Translations under genes and position numbers: made by a program
The notes under the pieces: model-generated
What the model was told of the DNA's origin: nothing
The model's input: only the letters and a program-made list of their open reading frames with translations
Database searches by the model: none
Shown: positions 1 through 9,663 of the stretch, piece by piece
Numbering within the stretch: position 1 is the stretch's first letter
Layout: each line of letters begins with the position of its first letter
Source of the DNA: Candidatus Latescibacterota bacterium
GTDB taxonomy: Bacteria > Latescibacterota > UBA2968 > UBA8231
Direction of reading: 5' to 3'
Length of the DNA: 64,000 bases
NCBI GenBank assembly: GCA_965203175.1
Contig: OZ241867.1
Location: 3,072,001-3,136,000, forward strand

Positions 1-47
1 TTTAAAGTCGCTGTTATGCTGTTATCGTGATAGAGAGGAAGTAGATT

Positions 48-869
48 ATGCCCAAACCTGTCGCTGACAAACCACTCAATAGCTACCTCTATCCCGAAGG
101 AGGCCCTGGACGCCAGCTCAAGGCTCGGTTGCGGGCCGGGGAGGTATTGGTGGGTGGCATGATTGCCGAGTACGTGCGGCCGTCGCTGGTCAAGTGCTTC
201 CAGCAGGCCGGCTGCGATTTTATCTACATCGAATTTGAGCACGGCTATTTCGATTTGACCGCGCTAGCCGATACCGTGCAGGCCGCGCGCGACAATGGCC
301 TACCGGTCATTGCCAAAACCCCGCAGCTAGAGCGGGCCGCAGTGGCCAAGCTGTTGGAGTGCGGCGTGGTGGGGCTACAACTGCCGCGCACAGAATCGAG
401 GGAGGACATCGAGACCTTGCGCAGCTATCTCAAGTTCCCGCCCTTGGGCACCCGCGCCGCAGCGCCGGGATACGGCAATAGCGACTATTGCAAAGTCGCA
501 GACCACCGGGCGTGGATGGCGGCACAGGATGAGGAAACATCCCTCGTGGTGCACATAGAGACGCGACGGGCCTACGAGCGGGCCGAGGAAATCGTCTCGA
601 CGCCGGGGGTGGACATGGTCTATGTCGGGCCGGGCGATTTTTCCGTGGAGATGGGGCAGCCGGACCATCCGGATGTGCGCGGCCCGATGGAAGAGATCCT
701 ACAACTGTGCAGGAAGCACGGGATCCCATTCGGCACTACGGCTTCGGGGCCAGAGGCGGCTCGGCGCTGGGTGGAACAGGGATCCTTGTTCTTTGAGGCC
801 GAAGACGAGCGCAACCTGATCTTGGAGGGAGCGACCAAGCTGGTGGAAGCGTACCGGACTTTCTGCTAG
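48..869 (+). CDS. HpcH/HpaI aldolase/citrate lyase family protein
   Basis: Motifs IEFEH, HIET, GPGDF and KFPPLGTRAAAPG match the HpcH/HpaI TIM barrel; SD GAGAGGA upstream of ATG. Confidence 0.9.
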   Translation: MPKPVADKPLNSYLYPEGGPGRQLKARLRAGEVLVGGMIAEYVRPSLVKCFQQAGCDFIYIEFEHGYFDLTALADTVQAARDNGLPVIAKTPQLERAAVAKLLECGVVGLQLPRTESREDIETLRSYLKFPPLGTRAAAPGYGNSDYCKVADHRAWMAAQDEETSLVVHIETRRAYERAEEIVSTPGVDMVYVGPGDFSVEMGQPDHPDVRGPMEEILQLCRKHGIPFGTTASGPEAARRWVEQGSLFFEAEDERNLILEGATKLVEAYRTFC

Positions 870-885
870 CACTGGCTCAGAATTC

Positions 886-2913
886 GTGACACCTGCAGAT
901 CCCCATAGCGAGTCGGGCGCTCGGGAGCGAGTGGCCGAGACCTTTATCAGACAGGCCAGCTTGAGAGAGACTCCTGCCGAGGAGAGCCAGCCCCTTTCCA
1001 TTCGGGCCTTTTTGTTGGGGGCCCTGTTGTGCCTTCTCATTGGTGTAGGCACCATTTACGCCAACGCCATTATCCAGGGCACCTTCATGGCTTGGTGCTT
1101 TAGCAATCCCGTTGCTCTCTTCCTGTTCTTCTACCTAGTGTTGGGCAATATCTTGGTGGGCACCTTGGCTCGCAATTTGGCGCTGAGGCGGGAAGAGTTG
1201 GTGCTGATCTACGCCATGATGATGGTGTCGGCGTCGATTCCCACCTTTGGCTTGGTCGAGCATCTGCTGCCCATGATCACGGGGGTCTTTTACTATGCTA
1301 CCCCCGAAAACAATTGGGGTGAACTGATCCAGCCCTATGTTCCCGCTTGGATCGCTCCCAGCGATGAGAATTTGATTCAAGGTTTCTACGAGGGCCTGCC
1401 CAAGGGGATGCCGGTGCCTTGGGAAGGCTGGTTGGAAACGCTGGGCTATTGGTCTGTTTTCCTCCTTGCTCTCTACTTAGTGTCGATTGGCCTGATGGTG
1501 CTTTTGCGTCGGCCGTGGATGGAAGGGGAACGCCTGCTCTATCCGATGATGCAGGTTCCCATTGAGATGATCAACGGACGCGAGGGGACATCCTTGGTGA
1601 GTGCAGTCTTCCGCCAGCCGCAGATGTGGATCGGTTTTGCTCTGCCCGTTATAGTGGGCTGCTGCAACGCCCTGCACAATTACTATCCGCAATGGCCGGG
1701 GCTGTACTTTCGCTCCAGTATGTACTTGTTCCGCGATACCATCAATCTGCCCTTTGAGTTTTCGTTTTCTCTGGTGGGTTTTTCCTATTTCATCAACCGG
1801 AACCTAGCCTTGGGAATCTGGTTTTTCTATTTGCTGGCCCTCGTCGAGCAGGGCTGTTTCAATATTCTCGGCGTCCACAGTACGGAAAAATTGGGTTGGT
1901 TTAGTAATCCTAGTTCCCCTTATCTGACCCACCAAGCTCTGGGGGCCATGCTGGTATTCGCTCTATATACTTTGTGGAAGGCGCGCTCCCATTTGCTGGC
2001 GGTAGCGCGCCGGGCTTGGAGTTGGGGCGGCGACGATGGCGACCAGAACGAGATTATGTCGTACCGGGCGGCCTTGTGGACGGTACTGGTAGGATTGGTC
2101 GTCATGGTAGTGTGGCTCGAGGCAACGGGCATCCCCTTGGTGGCGGTATTGCTCTTAGTCGCGGTGGCGATGCTTATCTTCATCGCATTGTCGCGCATTG
2201 TCGCCGAGGCTGGGGTGGCGCTGGTGCGAGCGCCGCTCATTGCGCCCGATTTTGTCATGGCCAGCATGGGCACCTCCTTCCTCGGGCCGAAGGGCTTGAC
2301 TGGCCTGGCCTACACCTATCCGTGGACTGCGGATATCGTCACTTTTCCCATGGCTGCCTGTGCCAATAGCCTGAAGATGATCCACGAGGTGGTGCGGGGG
2401 AGAAAGCGGGCCTTTTTCTGGGGCATGGTGCTGGCCTTGGTGGTTACGTTGGCAGGCGCGTTCTGGATTGTGCTGTACCTGTCCTATCGGCACGGCGGAA
2501 TCAATCTCAATAGCTGGTTCTGGCTCACCTCTTCCTCCGTTCCCCTCTCCTATATCTCGATGATGATGCGCAGTCCCTCGACGACGGAGCTAGGCGGCTG
2601 GCTGTTTACGGGCTTTGGCGCGGGGCTGATGTGGCTGCTGATCTGGGTGCATCAGCGGGTCATGTGGTGGCCCATTCATCCGCTGGGCTTGGCCATGACC
2701 GGGACGGTTTTCACCTCGGGGGTGATGTGGTTCAACGTCTTTTTGGCCTGGGCCATAAAGGGCTTAGTGCTCAAATACGGCGGCGGCCTTTTGTACCGTC
2801 AGACCCGGTACTTTTTTGTCGGCATGATCTTGGGTGCCTTTGTCGTGGCCGGCACTTGGCTGGTCATCGACTTTATTACCGGGAAGCAGGGCAATTTCGT
2901 GTTGATATGGTGA
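886..2913 (+). CDS. DUF6785/DUF6784-type polytopic membrane protein (putative transporter)
   Basis: 675 aa, many hydrophobic helices; motifs YYATPENNW, W.E.ERL.YP, RIVAEAG, WWPIHPLG, IK.LVLKYGG..LYR; paralogue at 58693-60588. Confidence 0.8.
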   Translation: MTPADPHSESGARERVAETFIRQASLRETPAEESQPLSIRAFLLGALLCLLIGVGTIYANAIIQGTFMAWCFSNPVALFLFFYLVLGNILVGTLARNLALRREELVLIYAMMMVSASIPTFGLVEHLLPMITGVFYYATPENNWGELIQPYVPAWIAPSDENLIQGFYEGLPKGMPVPWEGWLETLGYWSVFLLALYLVSIGLMVLLRRPWMEGERLLYPMMQVPIEMINGREGTSLVSAVFRQPQMWIGFALPVIVGCCNALHNYYPQWPGLYFRSSMYLFRDTINLPFEFSFSLVGFSYFINRNLALGIWFFYLLALVEQGCFNILGVHSTEKLGWFSNPSSPYLTHQALGAMLVFALYTLWKARSHLLAVARRAWSWGGDDGDQNEIMSYRAALWTVLVGLVVMVVWLEATGIPLVAVLLLVAVAMLIFIALSRIVAEAGVALVRAPLIAPDFVMASMGTSFLGPKGLTGLAYTYPWTADIVTFPMAACANSLKMIHEVVRGRKRAFFWGMVLALVVTLAGAFWIVLYLSYRHGGINLNSWFWLTSSSVPLSYISMMMRSPSTTELGGWLFTGFGAGLMWLLIWVHQRVMWWPIHPLGLAMTGTVFTSGVMWFNVFLAWAIKGLVLKYGGGLLYRQTRYFFVGMILGAFVVAGTWLVIDFITGKQGNFVLIW

Positions 2914-2915
2914 TT

Positions 2916-3003
2916 TCAATTAGGAATTGAGAATTAGGAATTACGAATTGAGCAATTGAGCAACGTACCAATTCCTAATTCTTAATTCCTAATTCCTAAT
3001 TGA
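2916..3003. repeat. Heptamer-built imperfect inverted repeat between convergent genes
   Basis: Left arm 2916-2949 (TC AATTAGG AATTGAG AATTAGG AATTACG AATT) vs right arm 2970-3003 (AATTCCT AATTCTT AATTCCT AATTCCT AATTGA); outer 13 bp perfectly complementary. Confidence 0.9.
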
Positions 3004-3004
3004 T

Positions 3005-4843
3005 TCAATACGCCACACTGATCGCGCCGGTGTGTTCTTCCCGCGCTTTGTCCGTGTCCACTCGCACCTGATACAGATACGTCCCGGGTGCCACGGCACT
3101 GCCGTCATCGCTGTGGCCGTCCCACAAGTGGACGTGACGACCGCTGCGCTGGTGGCCCTGGTAGAGCGACCGGACTAGACGGCCCGCGAGGTCGAATATA
3201 TCTACCGCCACTTGACCGGTCTCCACCAATTCCAACAGCGAGTATTCGACACCGACCGCGTCGTTGATCCCGTCCCCGTTGGGCGTGACCACGGGCGGCT
3301 GCGCCCGTACCTCGCTCACGAGGCGGCCGCGCAGGCGTATGCCAGCCCACACTTGGTTGCTGTCCAGTGCAAAGGTGGCGTCTCCGCCCTGTATCTGCTG
3401 GCCCACTTCGAGGGGGCGTTCGGAGTCGAACACTTGGCCCGCAAAAGTCGTGCCAAAGTGAAAGACTTGGGCGCGGAAGAAGACCTCGACTAACTTCTGA
3501 CTATCGGTGGCGTCCATGCGCGGCAGCGATAGCGCCAAGCGCTTGTGCGCGAGGTCTGCAGTCCAGTCCACCCCATCTCCATTGACGTGTACAGAATCGA
3601 TGCCGACAAATCGTCCAGAGGTCTGCAGCACTAATTGGTCGAAACCACTGTTGTCCGGCACGATGAGCGGTTTAAAGGCATAGGTAAACGGCGTCACTTG
3701 GCCTGGCTCGGCTTCCACTGGCCAGATCTCGGCAACCACTTGGTCGGTTATAGGCGGCTGCGAGGTGGTGAACTCGACAAAGTTGAGTCCGGCCCCTTGA
3801 AAGCCCTTGGGCAAGAGTAAGATCTGGAACTGCAGGTACTGCCGGGCGTTAGGCGCAATAATAGGCGTGCCAGTGCTGTCGGCAAAATCGTAAGTCCCGG
3901 ACCAGGGGTTCCAATGGTCTAGATCGGTAGTAATGCCGGCTTTATTGCCCTTCAGCTTGTCGTAAGCCGCGCGCGTGAGGGGCTGGCCAGCCTCGTCGCG
4001 AAAGGTCTGCTCGTCGCCGCGGCCCGTAAAGCGCCAGTAGCGATTGGGGTCAGCCGCGGTGCCATTGCGCGTGCGGATTTTGACGCGAGCGTCTCGTTCC
4101 TTGAAACCGGACCAGCGCAGGTCGCCCACGGTGGCGGGGCCGCCCAAGTCGAAGATCTGAGTTTGGTAGAAGCCCTCCAAGACGTAGCCTTCTCCGTATG
4201 CTTCGAATTCGGCGACTTCCCAATCGCGTTGGCGGAAAGCCATGGTCAGTACCAGCCGGTCGGCAGCCTGGGGCGGAAAGAGGAGATCGACAGTGCTAGA
4301 GCGATTGTTCGTTTCTGAGACGATGACCTCGTCGCGGTCGTCGTCGTAGGCTGTGAGGATGAATTGTTCGATGAAGCGCAGAGGAAATTGAGGCGAGGGA
4401 TAGAACCGCACGCGGTTGACCGAGAAACGCCCACCTAAGTCGAGAATGAGGACGACGCGCGCGCCGACGTGCTCCGAATCGGTATTCTTGAACACCGTCG
4501 TCGAATCGCCGTCGGCGATTCCGGCGGTCACTTCGTTCTCGGTTTCCAGAAAGCCGCCTACGCCAAAGCGGGCGCTCTTGGGACCGCCGCCCCGGTCTTT
4601 GGCGGTGAGTGCCATATTATCGTCTGCTGTGACCAGAATGGGCGTCGCTTGGCCACCCTCAAATAGCAAGCCCTCGGTCCGCCCGTCAAAACCCGCAAAG
4701 GCTTCCTCCCAGGCCAGATGGACGATGTCCACTCCCTTCATCTGTGTGGGTGGGGGACCGCCAATTCGGTACAGGGTCAAGCCCCAGTTGTCGCACGGCC
4801 ACAGGGCAATAGCGGCCCATATCGCTAAAATGGACGTTCTCAT
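3005..4843 (-). CDS. Secreted FlgD-Ig/CHU_C-like C-terminal domain protein (family member 1)
   Basis: Signal peptide; discoidin-like LDLGGRFSVNRVRFYP...EVAEFEAYG; C-terminal VTPNGDGIND...IFDLAGR...WDG...PGTYLY; ends SVAY. Confidence 0.8.
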   Translation of the reverse strand: MRTSILAIWAAIALWPCDNWGLTLYRIGGPPPTQMKGVDIVHLAWEEAFAGFDGRTEGLLFEGGQATPILVTADDNMALTAKDRGGGPKSARFGVGGFLETENEVTAGIADGDSTTVFKNTDSEHVGARVVLILDLGGRFSVNRVRFYPSPQFPLRFIEQFILTAYDDDRDEVIVSETNNRSSTVDLLFPPQAADRLVLTMAFRQRDWEVAEFEAYGEGYVLEGFYQTQIFDLGGPATVGDLRWSGFKERDARVKIRTRNGTAADPNRYWRFTGRGDEQTFRDEAGQPLTRAAYDKLKGNKAGITTDLDHWNPWSGTYDFADSTGTPIIAPNARQYLQFQILLLPKGFQGAGLNFVEFTTSQPPITDQVVAEIWPVEAEPGQVTPFTYAFKPLIVPDNSGFDQLVLQTSGRFVGIDSVHVNGDGVDWTADLAHKRLALSLPRMDATDSQKLVEVFFRAQVFHFGTTFAGQVFDSERPLEVGQQIQGGDATFALDSNQVWAGIRLRGRLVSEVRAQPPVVTPNGDGINDAVGVEYSLLELVETGQVAVDIFDLAGRLVRSLYQGHQRSGRHVHLWDGHSDDGSAVAPGTYLYQVRVDTDKAREEHTGAISVAY

Positions 4844-4989
4844 GTCGCTTCACCCCATTGGAGATGGCTCCATTATAAAGCGGCTCGGGTAGCGAGACAA
4901 CTGCGCGGTGTGTGGCTGTTGGAGCTAGTCGTTGCTTGACCTATCTTTTCGGCATAAGTCTAACTGCGCGATCTCATCAGGAGGAGCAC

Positions 4990-5916
4990 ATGGGAGTGTG
5001 GATCGAAAAAACACCGATGCCGACCAATCGGCACGATCTCCAAGCGATTGCTGTGGACGGTGAGATCTATGCCATTTCCGGGGCTGGAGACCATACGGTA
5101 CACGTAGTTGAAATCTACGACGTGGCCAGCGACACTTGGCGACCGGGACCGCCCATCCCCACGCAGCGAGGGTGGTTTGGCGCAGCGCGGGTCGGCGACG
5201 AGATTTACGCCTGCGGCGGCAAGCGAGTGCGCACGGAGGAGGAAAAGCAGCAAACCGGCGACGACTATCACTTTGAAATCCGCGACAGCGTCGAGGTTTT
5301 GAATCTGAAGGCGCAGACTTGGTCCGCAGCCGCGCCCTTGAGCAAACCACGGGCTGGTCTGGTGGCCGTTGTCTGCAAGGGGAAGATCTACGCGGTCGGC
5401 GGCAACAGCATGAACGCCGAGCCCGAGATCGGCCAGCCGTACCTGGACCGCGTCGAGGTCTTCGACCCGACTACGGCTCGCTGGACCTTGGGAGTGCCCC
5501 TACCCAAAGCAGTCCAAGGGCCTGGAGTCGCCGTGGTGGACGACAAGATCTACGTCGCGACCGGGATCGGCGGCGACGGACCCCGGCCCGACTTCAATGT
5601 CTTCGACCCTGATACCGACCGTTGGTCGCCGCTGCCACCCATTCCCACGCCGCGCTGCGATCCGGGCTGTTTGGCCGTGGGGCGCAAGATCTACGTCTTT
5701 GGCGGCTGGGGCGGATCAGCGCCCTATCACACAGAGGTCGAAGTGTACGATATCGACGCCGGCACTTGGTCGAGCGAGACCCCCATGCCAGTGAAAAAAG
5801 CCTGGATGGCCACTGCGAATGTAGGCGCGCGAATTTTCGTCATGGGTGGGGCTCACAAGTGGGAGGACCGAGAGGGGTACAACTGGATCGCGGATCTGCA
5901 CGAGTACGTGCCCTAG
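4990..5916 (+). CDS. Kelch-repeat beta-propeller protein
   Basis: Six Kelch repeats (IYA.GG...VEVYD....W....PMP); ATG 4990 follows SD GGAGGAG; no signal peptide. Confidence 0.9.
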   Translation: MGVWIEKTPMPTNRHDLQAIAVDGEIYAISGAGDHTVHVVEIYDVASDTWRPGPPIPTQRGWFGAARVGDEIYACGGKRVRTEEEKQQTGDDYHFEIRDSVEVLNLKAQTWSAAAPLSKPRAGLVAVVCKGKIYAVGGNSMNAEPEIGQPYLDRVEVFDPTTARWTLGVPLPKAVQGPGVAVVDDKIYVATGIGGDGPRPDFNVFDPDTDRWSPLPPIPTPRCDPGCLAVGRKIYVFGGWGGSAPYHTEVEVYDIDAGTWSSETPMPVKKAWMATANVGARIFVMGGAHKWEDREGYNWIADLHEYVP

Positions 5917-5926
5917 GCCGGCGCTC

Positions 5927-7597
5927 ATGTCCACAGGGGTCTCCCTGGTCCTAGCGGTCATTTTACTAGGTTGCCAAGCGCAATCTGGACGGGAACAGAG
6001 CGAGCTGTCAAAGGCCCCCTTTCACTTCGTCGATGCCAGCCGGGAAGCGGGGCTGGACTTTCTAAACGTCTCAGGTAGCCCCCAACAGAATTACGTCCTT
6101 GAGTCCATGTCCACCGGGGCGGCTTTTCTCGACTACGACAACGACGGTTTTCAGGATCTTTTCGTCGTCAACGGGACGCGGTTGGAATACCAGCCAGAGG
6201 AGGCGCGCAACCGGCTTTTCCACAATGAGCTAGGTGCCGGAGGTGCGCGGGTTTTCCGTCAAGCGGAAGCCGATCTAGGCATTGGGGGCTGGGGTATGGG
6301 ATGCGCCGCAGGGGATTACGACAACGACGGCGATGTCGATCTGTACGTCACGTATTGGGGTCCCAACCAACTCTGGCGCAACGATGGGGCGGGCCGCTTT
6401 GCCGAAGTTGCCACTGCTGCCGGAGTGGATGATGGCCGCTGGGGTTCTAGCGCCGCCTTTGGGGATGTCGATGGCGATGGGTGGCTCGATCTGTACGTGA
6501 CCAACTACCTCGAATTCGATTTGGATAATCCGCCGGCGGGCGGCTCTAAATGTCACTACAAGGGTCTATATGTGTACTGCGGACCCGAATACGCCGGTCG
6601 GCAGGCGGACCGGATTTACCGCAATCGGGGCGACGGGACGTTTCTGGACATGAGCGATTCCACCGGAGTCGGCGCTTTGCGCTACCCGGCGATGGGGGTC
6701 GTCTTCAACGACTTGGACCGCGACGGCGATCTCGATCTGTACGTGGCCAACGATACCGAACCCAACCTGCTCTGGCGCAACGACGGTGACTGGCGGTTGG
6801 TTCAGGTGGCCGTCCAGGCCGGGGCCGCGTACAGCGGCGACGGTTTGCCGCAAGCCAGCATGGGATTGCACGCTGGCGATTTTGATTGCGACGGCGATCT
6901 CGATCTCTTTGCAACGCACTTTTCAGAAGAGCTCAATACCCTGTACTGCAACGAGGGAACTTGGCGCTTCCGGGATTGTACTCGCGAGGTCGGCTTGAGC
7001 CAAATTGAGGGCCCCTACTTGGGATGGGGAACGGCCTTTGTCGATTTCGACCGGGATGGCTGGCTCGACTTATTTGTCGCCAACGGGCACGTCTATCCGC
7101 AGCTAGACCAAAGCTACGCCGATTTGCGTTACGCCCAGCGCAATTTGCTCTACCGCAACGAGGGCGGGCGGTTCAGGGAGGTGGGAGGGCAGAGCGGGGC
7201 CGTGTGGAAGTTGCAGAAGGTGAGCCGCGCCGCGGCAGTGGGCGATTACGACAACGACGGCGATGTCGATGTTTTCATTATGAACTTGAACGATACGCCG
7301 ACCCTGCTGCGCAACGACAGCGAGGCGGATCACCGCTGGTTGGGTCTACGGCTGGTAGGGGCCGAAGGGCGGATTGCCATTGGTGCTGAGGTACGGGTGC
7401 AGGCCGGCGGCAGCGAGCAAGTGCGAGAGGTCCATCGGGGGTACAGTTTCCAGGCCCAAAACGACCCGCGCTTGTTGTTCGGCCTAGGGCAGTCAGCAGC
7501 GGTGGAACAGGTGGAAATCCGCTGGCCTTCTGGGCGGCGGCAGGTTTTGTCGAGTCTGCCGACCGGGCGCTATGTGGAGGTGATGGAGCAGCCCTGA
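5927..7597 (+). CDS. CRTAC1-family FG-GAP + ASPIC/UnbV lipoprotein
   Basis: Lipobox ILLGC; repeated DYDNDGD.DL.V motifs; C-terminal AIGAEV...FGLG...EIRWPSG. Confidence 0.9.
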   Translation: MSTGVSLVLAVILLGCQAQSGREQSELSKAPFHFVDASREAGLDFLNVSGSPQQNYVLESMSTGAAFLDYDNDGFQDLFVVNGTRLEYQPEEARNRLFHNELGAGGARVFRQAEADLGIGGWGMGCAAGDYDNDGDVDLYVTYWGPNQLWRNDGAGRFAEVATAAGVDDGRWGSSAAFGDVDGDGWLDLYVTNYLEFDLDNPPAGGSKCHYKGLYVYCGPEYAGRQADRIYRNRGDGTFLDMSDSTGVGALRYPAMGVVFNDLDRDGDLDLYVANDTEPNLLWRNDGDWRLVQVAVQAGAAYSGDGLPQASMGLHAGDFDCDGDLDLFATHFSEELNTLYCNEGTWRFRDCTREVGLSQIEGPYLGWGTAFVDFDRDGWLDLFVANGHVYPQLDQSYADLRYAQRNLLYRNEGGRFREVGGQSGAVWKLQKVSRAAAVGDYDNDGDVDVFIMNLNDTPTLLRNDSEADHRWLGLRLVGAEGRIAIGAEVRVQAGGSEQVREVHRGYSFQAQNDPRLLFGLGQSAAVEQVEIRWPSGRRQVLSSLPTGRYVEVMEQP

Positions 7598-7606
7598 CTC
7601 CCAATC

Positions 7607-9310
7607 TCAACTCGAAGGCGCGGGCGGGTCGAGTTGAATTTGGGGAATTGCTTCTGCAAAGATGCGCACCTGATCGGCGTATTCCTCTCTGTAGCGGGCG
7701 ACCAATTCATTGAAACGCCGTTCTTGCTCTATGACGCGCAAGATCGCCGCTATGCGCTTGTGCACTGCTGCTAAGGGGGGAATTTTCCCGCCGTTGCGCT
7801 CTTTGAGGCGGAAAATGGAATACCCGCCGGTCACTGCTACCGGGCCGACTAAGACGCCGATTTCGGCTGCCATAGCATGATCCACCAGCGCGCCGTAGAT
7901 CGCCTTCTGATACGAGTGGAGGTGAATCTTTCCACGGCCTTCTGGACCGCCGTGGCGCTGGCTCAGGGAGGCCAGATCGGCTATGGTTTCGCCGCGGTCT
8001 AAACGCTGGCGCAGGGCCTTGGCTTGATTGTGGTCGTCAACTAATAGTTCGTCTAGCCATAATTCCACCGGGGTGCGAAATTGTTCCCGATGGTCTTGGT
8101 AGTACTGGGACACGGCCGCATCGGTTATGGTTATTTTGTCGCCGATCTCGCTTTGGCGCAGGGCGAGGATGAGCATTTCCTCGGTTTTGCGCTGCTTCCA
8201 GTAGCGCATGGCAGGGCTTTCGGCGTAGCCGGCCTCTTTGGCCGCGTGCCAGACCAGCGACTTGGGAATGGGCAATTTCCAGGCCGCGCGGATTATCTGC
8301 AAGCTGTCGCCTAGGGCTGGCACTTGGCGGCTGCGACGAAAAGATTCAATGTAATGGGTCGCGGTTATGCGGCCGCCGTCAAAAATGAACAGTGGCGCTG
8401 AGCCTTCTTTGGGGGCGAGTTTGGGATAGGGTTCGACTGCGGGGTCTTGGGCCATGAGGACGGCCAGGCCAGCGGAGTGCAGACGCAGATTTAAGGAAGT
8501 CGCCAATTCCTCGATCAGAGCCTGATGCTCGGCGACGAAGCGCTCTTTCCACACATTTTTGTACAGGTCTTGGCGATACCGGGCGAAATCGGCACGGCGT
8601 TCAGCGGTACAGAAAATTAGCTGGTAGTTTTTGCTCAGGGGCAGGATTTCGGACAGGGAACTTGGCTCTAGGCTGGCAAAGACTTGAACGGGAATGCCGT
8701 GATTGGCGGCACCGACGCGGTTGACATAGCCCAAATCGCCGCCGTGCTCGGCGGATTGCAGGTCGAGTGAATAGGCCCGGGCCAAGGCGGCGAAGTCGTC
8801 GGCAGTGGCTATCTGCTGGCGCAATTTCACTGCTTCGTCGCGGGTGTTGACCAAGAGGCGGAGCAAGCGCTTTTCGCGCTGGAAGTCGCCCGCGACAAAG
8901 AGGTCTTCGAGTTCCTCGTCAGAAATCTCGATCTGGGCACTTACTTTGACGCTTTGATAGGTGTTGATGACCTTTTCGCGAAATTTCCAGGCGAGTTTGT
9001 TCTTGAAGGTCAGCACCGTGTCCAAACCGTGGGTGCGGGCCGCGTGGGCCAGCAGTTTCTGGTCTATGAGCGATTGCAGATAGTCGCGGCGCGCGGCATC
9101 GCCGCTCTCTTTGGATTTTAGACCGGGGCCTAAAGAGGCAATGAGACGCTCTACTTCGACCACGAAAATAGAATCGCTGCCGACTTGGGCGACGGCGACC
9201 TCCGGCGCGGAGGGAGGTTGTACAGCGGCGGGGGATTGGTCCTGGGGCGTACAGGCAGACAGAGCCCAACTAAGCGCTGAATACGGTATTAAAACAATGG
9301 TGCGATACAT
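7607..9310 (-). CDS. PpiC-type peptidyl-prolyl isomerase/foldase lipoprotein (PrsA/SurA-like, two rotamase-like domains)
   Basis: Lipobox ALSAC; DFAALARAYSLD...GGDLGYV rotamase motif; second degenerate domain ...GPVAVTGGYSIF. Confidence 0.8.
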   Translation of the reverse strand: MYRTIVLIPYSALSWALSACTPQDQSPAAVQPPSAPEVAVAQVGSDSIFVVEVERLIASLGPGLKSKESGDAARRDYLQSLIDQKLLAHAARTHGLDTVLTFKNKLAWKFREKVINTYQSVKVSAQIEISDEELEDLFVAGDFQREKRLLRLLVNTRDEAVKLRQQIATADDFAALARAYSLDLQSAEHGGDLGYVNRVGAANHGIPVQVFASLEPSSLSEILPLSKNYQLIFCTAERRADFARYRQDLYKNVWKERFVAEHQALIEELATSLNLRLHSAGLAVLMAQDPAVEPYPKLAPKEGSAPLFIFDGGRITATHYIESFRRSRQVPALGDSLQIIRAAWKLPIPKSLVWHAAKEAGYAESPAMRYWKQRKTEEMLILALRQSEIGDKITITDAAVSQYYQDHREQFRTPVELWLDELLVDDHNQAKALRQRLDRGETIADLASLSQRHGGPEGRGKIHLHSYQKAIYGALVDHAMAAEIGVLVGPVAVTGGYSIFRLKERNGGKIPPLAAVHKRIAAILRVIEQERRFNELVARYREEYADQVRIFAEAIPQIQLDPPAPSS

Positions 9311-9489
9311 GACGGTTCCTTTGCAGACTTAAGTGGGAGACAGTCGAGCGATCTGAGCCGTGGTTGAGCAAATTATAACCAATCGAAGGCGGCAGCAAAC
9401 GAGCGTTTTAGTCGTGGTAAAGCGCTAGCCGGTGCATGTTTGGCTTGGCTTTTGGTTCCGCTTGCTCAAGTGCCCGCCTTTTATTTTGC

Positions 9490-9519
9490 TTGATTTTTAA
9501 TTTTCAAATTTCGTACCTT
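9490..9519 (+). promoter_or_regulatory. Candidate sigma70 promoter
   Basis: TTGATT-N18-TACCTT in the AT-rich divergent intergenic region upstream of 9664. Confidence 0.4.
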
Positions 9520-9663
9520 GCAGTTGGAGGAGTAAAGATTGGGAAATCTTAGTAGAATCGGCTTTTGTCCCACTCAATCGCGGAAAGGAGGAGAATGCAT
9601 TAGGCTCAGAGAAGTATTTCAGTTAGAACGCAAACTTCATCGTTTTACGAGAAAGGAACTCAC

